Source: an uncultured Myxococcales bacterium
GTDB taxonomy: Bacteria > Myxococcota_A > Polyangia > Fen-1088
Assembly: GCA_964571275.1 (NCBI GenBank)
Contig: CAZNCQ010000011.1
Location: 1-64,000, forward strand
DNA length: 64,000 nucleotides
Direction of reading: 5' to 3'
The notes under the pieces are model-generated. The model searched no databases and had not been told where the DNA came from. It worked only from the letters and a program-made list of their open reading frames with translations. Of the stretch, positions 1-9,158 are shown piece by piece; the first letter of the stretch is position 1; each line of letters opens with the position of its first letter. The position numbers were made by a program, and so were the translations under genes.

Positions 1-459
1 CTCATCGTAAAAGCCGATCCCGTCGCACTGGACCATCCCGCCCGCTCGTTCGACGAACAGGCTCATGAGCCAGCCGTTGGTCTCGTAGCCGAGCGGCCCG
101 ACACCATCCTCCGGGAACTCCACCACCAGCTCGAAGCGGGTGTTGGTCAGGTGGTCGATCACGCGCGCGCGCTCCGCGCTCTCGGGCAGCTCGTCGATGT
201 CCGCGAGGAAGTCGCTCACCTCGGCGCGCAGCCGCTCGGCGCCGGCCGGATCGCTCGCGTGATGGCAGCGCAGCGTGAACGGCTCTTCGTCGGGATCATA
301 CGAGACGACGGCTTCGGTCCAGACCGGCGACAGCAAGTCGGTCGCGGCCGGTCCGCCGACGATCATGATGGGCGTGCCGTGCTGGCGCTGCCACCCCAGG
401 AGCTCGGTCAAGGTCGGGGCGGTCCCCTCTCGGCAAAAAACGCGGGTCGAAAACGGCAT
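1..459 (-). CDS. hypothetical protein, N-terminal part only (gene runs off the window start)
   Basis: ATG at 459..457 (MPFSTRVFCREG...), open minus-strand frame to position 1 with high GC3 codon usage; no recognisable motif. Confidence 0.35.
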   Translation of the reverse strand, partial: MPFSTRVFCREGTAPTLTELLGWQRQHGTPIMIVGGPAATDLLSPVWTEAVVSYDPDEEPFTLRCHHASDPAGAERLRAEVSDFLADIDELPESAERARVIDHLTNTRFELVVEFPEDGVGPLGYETNGWLMSLFVERAGGMVQCDGIGFYDE

Positions 460-529
460 GGCGTGGGCGGCTCGGTACGAACCGCCGTCAGCATAAACGA
501 TCGGCGTCGGCCAGCACCAGAGCGCGACG

Positions 530-1723
530 TCAATCGCCGGCGATCACCGGCCGCGGCGTCGTGACCGGCGGCGACGATGCGCCCGGAGCGGGGACGTCGC
601 CGTTGCCCAGCTGACCGGTGCTGTTGTCGCCCCAGCATTCGATCTCGCCGCCCGCGACCCGCGCGCAAGCGGACTCGTTGCCAACGCTGATCGAGATCGC
701 GCCGCTGAGCCCCGGCACCGGCACGGGCGTCAGCTTCGCCGTGTCGTTCCCCCAGCAGCGCACCGTTCCGTCGGCCAGCAGCGCGCAGGTCTGAAAACCG
801 GCGGCCCCGATCGCGACCGCGCCCGAGAGATCGCTCACCGGCCCCGGCGTCGGTGAATCCGTCATCGTTCCGTTGCCGAGCGAGCCAGAAGTGTTCCCGC
901 CCCAGCAGTCGACCGTGCCGTCGGCCAGCACGGCGCATGCGTGAAAATCGCCGGTGGCAACGCCGACCGCGCCACTGACGCCGGGCACGGGAACCGCCGT
1001 CGCGGAATCCGCCTCCGCAGATTTGCCGGGCTGGCCGAGGGGCCCCAGTCCCCAGCACGCCACCGTCCCGTCGGCCAGCAGGGCGCACGCGGAGCTCTCC
1101 GCCGCGGTCACCGCGACGGCACTGGTCACGCCGGGAACCGCGGTCGGCGGGATACCGATGACGTCGGAGCGATCGACGAGACCGAGAGCATTCGCGCCCC
1201 AGCACTGCACGCCCCCGGCCTGCAACACCGCACAGCTGTAGCCGATGTCGTCGGCGTAGTCGGTGCTCGCGATCAGCGCAGCCGCCGGGCCGCCGAGACC
1301 GGTCACCGCGAGCGGCATCAGGACCTCCTCTTGTTGCGCCGCAGTTCCCGACGCCCCACAGAGGGCACATCCGTTGCCGATCTCGCCGGACAGGTTCAGG
1401 CCCCAGCAAGAGATGGCCCCGTCCGCGCCGAGCGCGCACGTGTAGTCGTGCCCGACGGCGATTGATCGCACGCCGGTGAGACCCATGACCGCGCTCGGCC
1501 TCGGCACGATGTAGTCCTTCCCGCCGTCGCCGACCTGGCCGAAGACATCCAGTCCCCAGCAACGTGCGGTCCCGTCGTCCATGACCGCGCAGGCGTGCGC
1601 CGCGCCGATCGCCACCGAGACCGCGCCGGTCAGCGGCGGTCCCTTCGACGAGGCGCTGCCGCCGCAGCCCGCCCCCAGCACGACCTCGGCCACCAGCGTC
1701 CCGATAACCCACGTCCGGCCCAT
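530..1723 (-). CDS. RCC1-repeat (beta-propeller) lipoprotein
   Basis: N-terminal signal with lipobox (LGAGC); about 7 tandem repeats of a ~50-aa unit with conserved C-x-G / CWG / GxxGxLGxG signature typical of RCC1/BLIP-II propellers. Confidence 0.75.
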   Translation of the reverse strand: MGRTWVIGTLVAEVVLGAGCGGSASSKGPPLTGAVSVAIGAAHACAVMDDGTARCWGLDVFGQVGDGGKDYIVPRPSAVMGLTGVRSIAVGHDYTCALGADGAISCWGLNLSGEIGNGCALCGASGTAAQQEEVLMPLAVTGLGGPAAALIASTDYADDIGYSCAVLQAGGVQCWGANALGLVDRSDVIGIPPTAVPGVTSAVAVTAAESSACALLADGTVACWGLGPLGQPGKSAEADSATAVPVPGVSGAVGVATGDFHACAVLADGTVDCWGGNTSGSLGNGTMTDSPTPGPVSDLSGAVAIGAAGFQTCALLADGTVRCWGNDTAKLTPVPVPGLSGAISISVGNESACARVAGGEIECWGDNSTGQLGNGDVPAPGASSPPVTTPRPVIAGD

Positions 1724-1753
1724 GACCGGCCGAGTATAGCGCGACCGGTCTGG

Positions 1754-3325
1754 TCACTCGAACCAGTTTTTGCGCTGCAAGAACGACTGCAAACCGGGAT
1801 CGTCGCGCGACAAAGGCGGCAACCACGGGCCGAGGCGCGTGCGCTCCCACCACACCGGTGCGCCAGGACGCGCGAAACGATACTGGTAGAGCTCGACGCG
1901 CACGTAGCGAGGGCGCGCGCCGGCGAACGGATCGCCATCGAACAGCGACAAGATTCCCGGATCGCCATCCAGGAGCTTGGCGACCAGGTGCACGGCCCAG
2001 GGATACCGGCCCGGGCTGCCCATGGCGGCGAACCAGAGGAGCCAATCGAGACGGCGATGATAGGGGCTCATCCAGCAGGGGCGGCGCGCGGGATCGCCCG
2101 GCTGGCAGCGCGGTTGATAGGCGAGCCAGCGCGTCGCCGGCGTGATCGCCTCGTCGGTCGTGCCCTCGATCACCAGCTGCTGCCGCACGCGGCCCACGCT
2201 GCCGAACGCGCCGTAGGTGTTGACGAGCGGCAGCGTCGTGAACGATGTGTTCATGACCTGCGTCCCCGAGAGCATGTTCAACACCGGCGGCAAGCTGAGC
2301 GCCGCGATGGCCAGCGTCAGGGCGCCCGCGCTCAGGCCCTGCGCGCGCGACGGCGTCGCGAGGCCGCGCGCGGTGGTGGCGCGCGTGGTGAGCCGCGCGG
2401 GCAGGATCCGGATCCAGACGCGGTCGTCGAAGCAAGCCGCGATCGGGACCAACGTGAGCCAGTTGAGAAACGCCAGGTTGCCGCTGAGGATCAGCACGAC
2501 CTGCAGCGCCGTCATGAGCAGTCCGGCCACGATGCGCGCCCGGCGCGGGCCGAGCGCCAGCAGCGGCGCGACGAGCTCGACCACGTGGTTGAAGAGCACG
2601 CCCACCCGGTGCGCCCACGGCGGCAAGAAGTGAAAGAGCGGCGTGAGCGGATTCGGGATCGGTTGCGTCTCGAAGTGAAAGTCGAGGCAGGTGAGATCGC
2701 GCCAGCACGGATCGCCGCGCAGCTTGATCAACCCCGCGCCCAGCATGATGCGGATGGCCAGCCAGCGGAGCAGCCAGATCACCACCGGCGGGGGCGGCCG
2801 GCGTGAGAACGGCCGCGCGTCGAGGAGTGGACAGAGGAAGATGCACAGGAACCCGGTCTCGACGAGCTGGATCTCCCAGCCGAACCCGTAGAACGTCTGA
2901 CCGACGCTGACGATCGAGATCTGCAGCGCGCACAGGACCGCGAGCACGATCGCGTTCGCGTAGCCGAGCATCACCGCCGTCGCCAGCGCCGCGCCCACCC
3001 ACCCCGCGGCGCGCAGCGCGCCGTCGCCGGCGCCGAGCCAGAAGACGGATGGCAGCGCGCGAAACCCGGCGGCGCGCGCGCCGAGCGCGCCCGCCACCGC
3101 GTCGAGATACCCATTCACCGGCAAGAGGCCGTGCGGCCCAAGCAACGCCGGCCCCTGGTTCGCCAGCGTCAGGAACGCCATCAGATAGCAGAGCCCGAGC
3201 AGGCGCAGCACGACGAAGCGCGTGAGCCAATCGCCCCGCGCGCCCGCCGGCTCGCGCGCGACGCGGTCCGCGAGCCAGGCTAACCGGCTCGAGAGGGTCT
3301 TCGGCGGCGACGCGTCCATGGCCAT
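1754..3325 (-). CDS. lipase-maturation-factor-like (LMF1/HTTM family) polytopic membrane protein
   Basis: Multiple TM helices in the N-terminal half and a conserved LMF-like C-terminal region (NLAFLNWLTLVPIAACFDD ... YRFARPGAPVWWERTRLGPWLPP); start taken at MAMD (3325), 4 nt after the stop of the upstream small gene. Confidence 0.6.
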   Translation of the reverse strand: MAMDASPPKTLSSRLAWLADRVAREPAGARGDWLTRFVVLRLLGLCYLMAFLTLANQGPALLGPHGLLPVNGYLDAVAGALGARAAGFRALPSVFWLGAGDGALRAAGWVGAALATAVMLGYANAIVLAVLCALQISIVSVGQTFYGFGWEIQLVETGFLCIFLCPLLDARPFSRRPPPPVVIWLLRWLAIRIMLGAGLIKLRGDPCWRDLTCLDFHFETQPIPNPLTPLFHFLPPWAHRVGVLFNHVVELVAPLLALGPRRARIVAGLLMTALQVVLILSGNLAFLNWLTLVPIAACFDDRVWIRILPARLTTRATTARGLATPSRAQGLSAGALTLAIAALSLPPVLNMLSGTQVMNTSFTTLPLVNTYGAFGSVGRVRQQLVIEGTTDEAITPATRWLAYQPRCQPGDPARRPCWMSPYHRRLDWLLWFAAMGSPGRYPWAVHLVAKLLDGDPGILSLFDGDPFAGARPRYVRVELYQYRFARPGAPVWWERTRLGPWLPPLSRDDPGLQSFLQRKNWFE

Positions 3326-3329
3326 GGCG

Positions 3330-3731
3330 TCACGGCGCGACCAGCGGCAGGCAAGCACGCAGCGGCGCGCAGGCGTCGGCGGTCGCGAGAGCGCACAGGT
3401 CCGCGAAGCAGTCGAGGACATCGCCGACGACGAGGTTCGGACAGGCCGCGCCGATCTTCTGCACCGCCGTCACGCAGGCGGATTGATTGGCGTCGGCGCC
3501 GGGCGTGCTGCCGTCGGGACAGCTCAGCTGCGCACCGTAGCCGCCCGCGAGGCCGTTGAACTCGTCGCAGAAGCGCCGCTGCTCGGGCGGTGAAAGACCG
3601 GCGAGCGGGCGCGCGCGATCGGGCGGAGCGCCGGTGTCGGCGGTGTCGCAGCTGGCGGCGGCGGTGTCCGCGAGCGCTACGGCCAGTAGCAGCACGATCC
3701 GGAGCCGCATGCGATCGATGGTCCTCGTCAT
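3330..3731 (-). CDS. small secreted cysteine-rich protein (133 aa)
   Basis: N-terminal signal peptide (LRIVLLLAVALADTAAASC), 10 Cys, tightly linked to the LMF-like gene. Confidence 0.5.
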   Translation of the reverse strand: MTRTIDRMRLRIVLLLAVALADTAAASCDTADTGAPPDRARPLAGLSPPEQRRFCDEFNGLAGGYGAQLSCPDGSTPGADANQSACVTAVQKIGAACPNLVVGDVLDCFADLCALATADACAPLRACLPLVAP

Positions 3732-3791
3732 GAATCGCTCGAGTCAGAGAAACACGACAGTACCAGAGCGTGCCGTGGTAAATCCTCCGGC

Positions 3792-3888
3792 GGAAGTGCG
3801 TCCGGCGCTGGTGTCCGGCTCGGTCTTCAAAACCGATGGGGCGCCGCGAAAGCGTGCGCTCGGCGGGTTCGATTCCCGTGCGCTTCCG
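3792..3888 (+). tRNA. selC: candidate tRNA-Sec (selC-like), anticodon UCA, 97 nt, CCA not encoded
   Basis: Hand-folded cloverleaf: acceptor GGAAGUGCG/UGCGCUUCC (9 bp with two G-U pairs, or 8/5 fold); anticodon stem UCGGU/ACCGA with loop CUUCAAA (U33, UCA, A37), identical to the E. coli selC loop; 25-nt variable arm with GAAA-capped hairpin; T arm CGGG-UUCGAUU-CCCG; 5' GGAAG as in selC genes. D arm is only CCGG/CCGG with a 9-nt loop, which is atypical for tRNA-Sec. Confidence 0.5.
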
Positions 3889-4587
3889 CTGGGCTACCTA
3901 GTCCCCGAGAGGCAGACGACCTCCGCCCGAGCAGCAGAGTGTCCAAAGTCCTGACCGCCCTCCGCCCCATACCCGCGATCTCATCTCGCGTCCCAAATCA
4001 GAAGGCTCCCGGAACTGCGACCTGCCCCGCGAAATACTCGCCGTAAGCGCCTCGCCCTGCAAAAGCCGTGGGGGAAAGGCCTCCAGGTAGTAGCGTGCGA
4101 TAGCGCGCCCGGAACGTCGCGCTTCGCGAGTTCCAGGTCGACGCGTCCTCTCCGAGAGCCCACACCGAACAGCACGTCGCCACCATGGCCCAGCTGCACC
4201 GAGACAACCGTTACGACCGCAGGGCCGACGGCGTCGAGCGCGTGACAGGCGTCGCGCCTGAGTCGATCGAGACGTTCGTGGCCGCCCGCAGGCACTTCTA
4301 CCTGGGCTGAGCCCCCGGACTCCCGTCATCAGCCGGAAGTTCAGGTGCGCGCACGCCGTCTGCGTGAGAAGCGGTAGCCTCGTGAAGCCGACGTCGACCT
4401 TCTTATACGCCACAGCGTACCGCGGCGTATAAAAGCCTGACAGGACCACGGCGAGGCTTCCTCCCGCCGCTCGAAGACCGCTCGCCAAGCGGGCTCGCCT
4501 CGGCCGCCGGTGCCTCCCCCCACGACGCGCACTAGGGCTTACCTCCCGAGCTTCAAGGTCTCGCGCGATGTGCCGTTGTGTCGACCA

Positions 4588-5841
4588 ATGATATCTGCGC
4601 CTCTTCATCCAAGCGAAGCGTCGCGTCTCGAGAGCCTTCGCAGGTACGAGCTCCTGGACTCCGAGCTGGACGCTCGCTTTCAGCTCCTGGCCGAGCAGGC
4701 AACCGCGGTCTGCGGCGTCCCGGTTGGTCTCATCAGCTTGGTCGACGAGCATCGCCAGTGGTTCAAGGCGCGGGTGGGGATCGACGTCATGGAGACTCCG
4801 CGCGAGCTGGCCTTCTGCGCGCACGCGATCCTTCAAGAAGGGGTGTTCGAGGTGCCCGACGCGCGCGTCGACCCCCGGTTCCATGACAATCCGCTCGTCG
4901 CCGGCCCGAACGGGCTCGTGTTCTACGCGGGAATGCCGGTTCACGGCAGCGATGGGCTGCCGCTCGGGACGGTCTGCGCCGTCGACGCCGTGCCCCACGT
5001 GCTCGACGAAGGTCAGCGCGAGGCGCTGCGGATGATCGCCCGGCAGGTCGAGGTGCTCATCGAGGCGCGACAGCGGGCTCTCGTCGCGCTCGCTGCGCCG
5101 CCAACATCGACCGAGCGCGAGCCAGAGCCCGCGCAGCCGGAGGCCGGCGAATCGAGCGGGCAAGGCAGTGACCAGGCCGCCGGCGCCGCCGAGGCGATCG
5201 ACGTCATTCGCCGCGCGCCCGCGTGGTCACGCTGTCGCGTGACGGTCGCCCAGGCGCTCACCGAATTCTTTCAGGAGCCGTTGCGCCCGCGCGCGGAGTG
5301 GTCGACTGACAACGGCATGCGAATCGCCACCATGGTGCAGCTCGACACTCTCCACCAGGTGGCCCTGACGCTCGACCTGAGCGTCGAGCCGGCATTCCTT
5401 CGATCGTTCGCGCGCCAGCTCTTTGGAGGCTCGCCCGACGAGCGGGCCGAGAGGGCCGTCTTGCTCGAGTCGGCCAACATCGTCATGGGGGCCGTGAAGG
5501 CGAGCTTCGAGGCCACGGGATTTCGTCCGACGATGGGCCTTCCGCACGAGCGCAGCGCCGGGGAGGTCAGCACGGAGCTGTCCCACGCCGAAGCCGCTCA
5601 ATTTCAGCTGTTCGACGTCGCCGAGAGCCTGGTCGCGATCACCGCAGGCCTTCGCCAGTACGCGAACCGGGTGCTTCCGATCTCTGAATTGACGGAGGGG
5701 ATGGTCCTCGCGTCGGACGTGCGTGACGCCAACGGTGAGCTGCTGGCCAGCCGAGGGACGCGGCTCACCGACCACACCATCGACCGGATCGCCGCGGCGG
5801 CCCCGCATGGCCGAATCGCCGTGGGTGGTCATTCCCTGTAG
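4588..5841 (+). CDS. GAF-domain signalling protein with uncharacterised C-terminal domains
   Basis: GAF signature (LESLRRYELLDSELDARFQ ... GVPVGLISLVDEHRQWFKARVG ... VFYAGMPV ... GTVCAVD); start chosen at MISAPLHP (4588) rather than the upstream in-frame ATG. Confidence 0.6.
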   Translation: MISAPLHPSEASRLESLRRYELLDSELDARFQLLAEQATAVCGVPVGLISLVDEHRQWFKARVGIDVMETPRELAFCAHAILQEGVFEVPDARVDPRFHDNPLVAGPNGLVFYAGMPVHGSDGLPLGTVCAVDAVPHVLDEGQREALRMIARQVEVLIEARQRALVALAAPPTSTEREPEPAQPEAGESSGQGSDQAAGAAEAIDVIRRAPAWSRCRVTVAQALTEFFQEPLRPRAEWSTDNGMRIATMVQLDTLHQVALTLDLSVEPAFLRSFARQLFGGSPDERAERAVLLESANIVMGAVKASFEATGFRPTMGLPHERSAGEVSTELSHAEAAQFQLFDVAESLVAITAGLRQYANRVLPISELTEGMVLASDVRDANGELLASRGTRLTDHTIDRIAAAAPHGRIAVGGHSL

Positions 5842-5869
5842 CGCCCGCGAACAGTCCAGCTCGAGCTCG

Positions 5870-6274
5870 TCATTCCTTCCGTGATTCGGACGCTCGCGCG
5901 GCCGCTTCGGCCAGAACCTCTCGATCGATCTCTTCGCGCACACTCGTGAGGACGCACTCGAGGGTGACGCCGCGGCGCTTGGTCTCACCCTTTGCCCAAT
6001 GCAACAGGCGCCACAGGGTGAACAAGCCCATCCCATCCGAGCCGACAGCCAGAGTCGTCCCACACCGACAATTTGCCAGCGACAGCGTCCCCGCCGGCCT
6101 CTTCGGCCGCCAATCGCCCATCTGCGCATCCAGGGAAGCCACATCACCAACGTGCGTGGTCAGGCGCAGATATTCGATGAGCGACTCGAACCGCTGGCCA
6201 CACGCTCCGCAGACCTTGGGAAACTGCCGCTCGACGTGCTGCCGGGTGAGGCGAATGGCGTCGGCGCTGGTCAC
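5870..6274 (-). CDS. hypothetical protein with CxxC...CxC motif (possible zinc ribbon)
   Basis: 134-aa ORF with good codon usage; VCGACG and CRCG cysteine pairs. Confidence 0.4.
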   Translation of the reverse strand: MTSADAIRLTRQHVERQFPKVCGACGQRFESLIEYLRLTTHVGDVASLDAQMGDWRPKRPAGTLSLANCRCGTTLAVGSDGMGLFTLWRLLHWAKGETKRRGVTLECVLTSVREEIDREVLAEAAARASESRKE

Positions 6275-6346
6275 GCGATCAAGTCTACGTCAACGAAAGG
6301 CCCTGGGCGGGCATGCGCATGACCTGGTAGAAGCTCTTGCGGGTCA

Positions 6347-6697
6347 ATGGCCATTCCTGTCGACAAGCCCTTCGGCATCCCCAATATCCTGACGAGCTCC
6401 GAGAAGGCAAAGCGCAAGCAGGAAAACGAAGCGTCGCGTGACATCGGGCACTTCCACGACTACGTCGCGGGGAACCTGGTCTGGCGCCGGCAGTGGGTCG
6501 ACCATCGTGACCGCGAGGTCGAGCAGGCAGAGCAGGAGTCGCGACGCTACACCCTCTTGTTGATGCAGATCCGACAGCTTCACCCCGACTGGATCAGCGA
6601 GAACGTTCGAAGGGAAGCGCTGCGCCTGCTCGGGATCGAGAGGAGCAACCGCGAGCTGCGCCTCAGCTACGTACCGAAGTCGATCTCAGCGAAGTGA
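6347..6697 (+). CDS. hypothetical protein
   Basis: 116-aa ORF divergent from the previous gene; charged, no recognisable motif. Confidence 0.35.
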   Translation: MAIPVDKPFGIPNILTSSEKAKRKQENEASRDIGHFHDYVAGNLVWRRQWVDHRDREVEQAEQESRRYTLLLMQIRQLHPDWISENVRREALRLLGIERSNRELRLSYVPKSISAK

Positions 6698-6758
6698 CCT
6701 CCAGGGCGCGGACTCGAGAGGTGCCGGCCTCTCGAACGTCGCGGTGAAGCGGACGCCT

Positions 6759-8159
6759 TCAGCGCCGGTTGGGGGCCGGGGGTGGTCCGTTTGCGGCAAG
6801 AACACCTCCGGGACCGCCGGGGCGACGGGCTCCGCCGTCGCCGTTGTCGCCGAGGCCTCTCCCGGTCACGATCTGCGCCGCCATCAAGGTCTGCACCACG
6901 CGCAGCACGTCATCCGAACCGGTGGTCACCGCGCCGTGATCGCCGCCGGCACCGCCGCTGCTGCCGAAGTTGACGAACTGGCTGTTGGCCAAGGCGTTGG
7001 CCACTTGCGCCGTGAGCTCGGGCGCCATCTCGAGGCGACGAAGGTCGAGATAGGCGCCGCCGGCTTCCATCAGTGCCTGCGCCTTGATGCGGATGGCTTC
7101 GGCCTCCGCCTGAGCGATGGCGCGAATGCGCGCGGCCTGCGCGCGACCCTCCGCTTCCTGATTGATGACGTTCTGCTCGGCGTCCGCGCGCGCCTGGGTG
7201 ATCTGGGTCGCATTCAACTCGGCCTCCCGTTGCTGGCGCACGGCGGCCTGCTTTTCGGCTTCGGCCTTGGCGATCGAGGCGCCGTTGGAGGCGATCTGCA
7301 TGTTGAGCGCCTTCTCCTGATCGTTGATCTTCTGGGCCGCCTCGAGCTGGGCGATGCGCGCGCGTTGCTCCTCCTGAGCCTGGACCACGTCGGCGTCGGC
7401 CTTGGCGCGGGCGCCCGACTCGCGTCGTCGCGCCTCGGCGACCTCGCTCAACACGGCCTTGATGTTGAGGCTGTTGAACGACAGCCCGATGTCCATCAGC
7501 TCGCGCGAGCAGGCGTCCTTGATGATCACGGCCAGCTCGTCATCCTCGCCGCGCGCCGCGGGCGTCAGGGCCAGCGCCGTCGGTGCCGCCACGACCAAGC
7601 CAGGGGTGCCTGGGCCCACGCCCACCGAGCGAACGCTGAAGAGCTGATCGTGCTTGAGGAGGTTGATGGCGCGGCGGCCGGCGGAGGACAGCACGTCGGT
7701 CAGCGTCGAAAGCTGCTCGGCGTTGGACTTGGAGAAGAACTTGTTGGCGGCGGTGTTGACCATGGCCTCGTCCTCGCCGACGCTGACGATCGCCGAGGCC
7801 CTGACGGTGACCTTCACCGGCGCCGATCGGCCGTTGTTGTCGACGTCGGCCGTTTGATCGGTGATCTCGATGTCGACGTTGATGGCCTGCGCCGGGATGA
7901 AGCGCGTTTGCGTGATGACCGGTACGATGAGGGCCTTGCAGGGCCCCCGGTAGATGTGGAGGTTTCTGCCGCGGCTGGCCAGCAAGATCTCGCCGGCGTC
8001 CACGCTGCGCAGGAACGTGGTGATGATGACCGAGGTGAGGACGAGGACGGCGGCGACGACGCCTCCAACGAGAATCAATGACGTTTCCAAGATGACGGCT
8101 CCTTGTGATGACGACGCTGGCGCGTCGTCATGTTTGGTTGTTGTCGATTGCCCTGTCAT
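6759..8159 (-). CDS. flotillin-like SPFH/band-7 protein
   Basis: N-terminal TM, SPFH core, then long Ala/Glu/Gln-rich coiled coil (EAEKQAAVRQQREAELNATQITQARADAEQNVINQEAEGRAQAARIRAIAQAEAEAIRIKAQALMEAGG) typical of flotillin/YqiK; the upstream ATG overlaps the nfeD-like gene by 32 nt so the true start may be internal (TTG/GTG). Confidence 0.8.
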   Translation of the reverse strand: MTGQSTTTKHDDAPASSSQGAVILETSLILVGGVVAAVLVLTSVIITTFLRSVDAGEILLASRGRNLHIYRGPCKALIVPVITQTRFIPAQAINVDIEITDQTADVDNNGRSAPVKVTVRASAIVSVGEDEAMVNTAANKFFSKSNAEQLSTLTDVLSSAGRRAINLLKHDQLFSVRSVGVGPGTPGLVVAAPTALALTPAARGEDDELAVIIKDACSRELMDIGLSFNSLNIKAVLSEVAEARRRESGARAKADADVVQAQEEQRARIAQLEAAQKINDQEKALNMQIASNGASIAKAEAEKQAAVRQQREAELNATQITQARADAEQNVINQEAEGRAQAARIRAIAQAEAEAIRIKAQALMEAGGAYLDLRRLEMAPELTAQVANALANSQFVNFGSSGGAGGDHGAVTTGSDDVLRVVQTLMAAQIVTGRGLGDNGDGGARRPGGPGGVLAANGPPPAPNRR

Positions 8160-8802
8160 TGGGGAGCACGGAGACGGTTACGCGTTCATTTCGAGCGTCC
8201 ACGTCTTCGATGCGCAGTCGTTGTCCGAAGGCGACCGGCATCGCCGCGTGTTGGTCGCACAGCCGCGCGTTGAGCTGAATGCTGCGCCCGTCGCGGACGG
8301 TGGTGACCACCCCTCGGCCGTTGCGAAACGGCACGACGGCCTGCGCCTCGGCCAGGATCAGCGTTTCGAGCGGAGAGCTTGCGTCGGCCTTGAAGCGGAA
8401 CATCAGGTTCCAGATCGGGCGAACCAGGAACCACTCGACCAGAAGGGCCGGTCCGATCGCGAGCAGAGCGGCGCTGTGCCGGCTGAGATGTCCCGCGTGG
8501 ACCAGCGCGTTTCCGGACGCACCGTAGAGCGCGAACAGACTGAACGCGGCCCGGGGCGACGGGATGACCCTGCGGATGGCGCTGGTCGCGGTGGGGATGG
8601 ACAGAAGGCTCGCACTCGGATGCGGGATCAGACTGGGCGCGGGGAGCTCGGCCGGGTGGGCGTGGGTCGCGACTGCGCCGGGACCGGCGCCGTGCGCACC
8701 GATGTGCCCGAGCCCATGTCCATGGCTGGGGGGCAAATGGTGACCACCAAGCGCAGGCAACGCCATCATCACCAGTCCGACGAGACCAATGACCATCATC
8801 GT
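8128..8802 (-). CDS. NfeD-like membrane protein (flotillin partner)
   Basis: Start taken at MMVIGLVGLVMMALPALGG (TM helix), His/Gly-rich segment, C-terminal OB-fold-like NfeD motif (AQAVVPFRNGRGVVTTVRDGRSIQLNAR); classic nfeD-flotillin gene pair. Confidence 0.6.
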   Translation of the reverse strand, partial: TMMVIGLVGLVMMALPALGGHHLPPSHGHGLGHIGAHGAGPGAVATHAHPAELPAPSLIPHPSASLLSIPTATSAIRRVIPSPRAAFSLFALYGASGNALVHAGHLSRHSAALLAIGPALLVEWFLVRPIWNLMFRFKADASSPLETLILAEAQAVVPFRNGRGVVTTVRDGRSIQLNARLCDQHAAMPVAFGQRLRIEDVDARNERVTVSVLPNDRAIDNNQT

Positions 8803-9041
8803 CAAGAACAAGACGCCAATCTCCTCCCCGCAGGTCCGCGCACATCGGCAGCGGAACGTTAAGTCAGCGCTCGGGTCTCGCCTGGAGGCAAAGTATGTGC
8901 CCAGGCCAAGATTTGTCGAGTCGGATGTCGGCGGTGCCCAAAGTCCGTCGCGCATGCACGCCTCCAGCGGCCTTGACAGGGGCGCCTTATCCGGTCCGGG
9001 TCCCATTGCCGTCGCGGCGAAGGATCCGCATCCGATCTCTC

Positions 9042-9091
9042 ATGAAGAACGATCCTTTCTTCATCGTCGAGATCGCCATCGTCGAGATCGC
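9042..9091. promoter_or_regulatory. 8-bp perfect inverted repeat (ATGAAGAA-N7-TTCTTCAT) abutting a perfect 15-bp tandem duplication (CATCGTCGAGATCGC x2)
   Basis: Read directly in the divergent intergenic region between nfeD-flotillin (-) and the alpha/beta hydrolase gene (+). Confidence 0.4.
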
Positions 9092-9158
9092 CGATGCCAT
9101 GCGAGCGTTCCTCGCCGCGAGCGGCGTATCGCGCGGGCGGAAGTAGCGCGAGCTTCGG

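Noticed and set aside
408-3230. 940-aa minus-strand ORF, plus similar very long ORFs such as 13261..14751 (-), 15299..17284 (-), 39798..41051 (-), 51384..53819 (+), 55625..56887 alternative frames
   Set aside because: Arg/Ala/Gly-rich translations with no motifs, lying antisense or out of frame to genes that do have clear domain signatures (RCC1, VgrG, GH5, GH28). These are typical stop-codon-poor artefacts of ~70% GC DNA.
3556-5163. ORFs 3556..3954 (+), 3898..5163 (-), 3981..4295 (-), 4341..4532 (-) in the tRNA-proximal gap
   Set aside because: Low-complexity Arg/Ser-rich translations that overlap the tRNA-like gene or run antisense through the GAF gene. Treated as non-coding.
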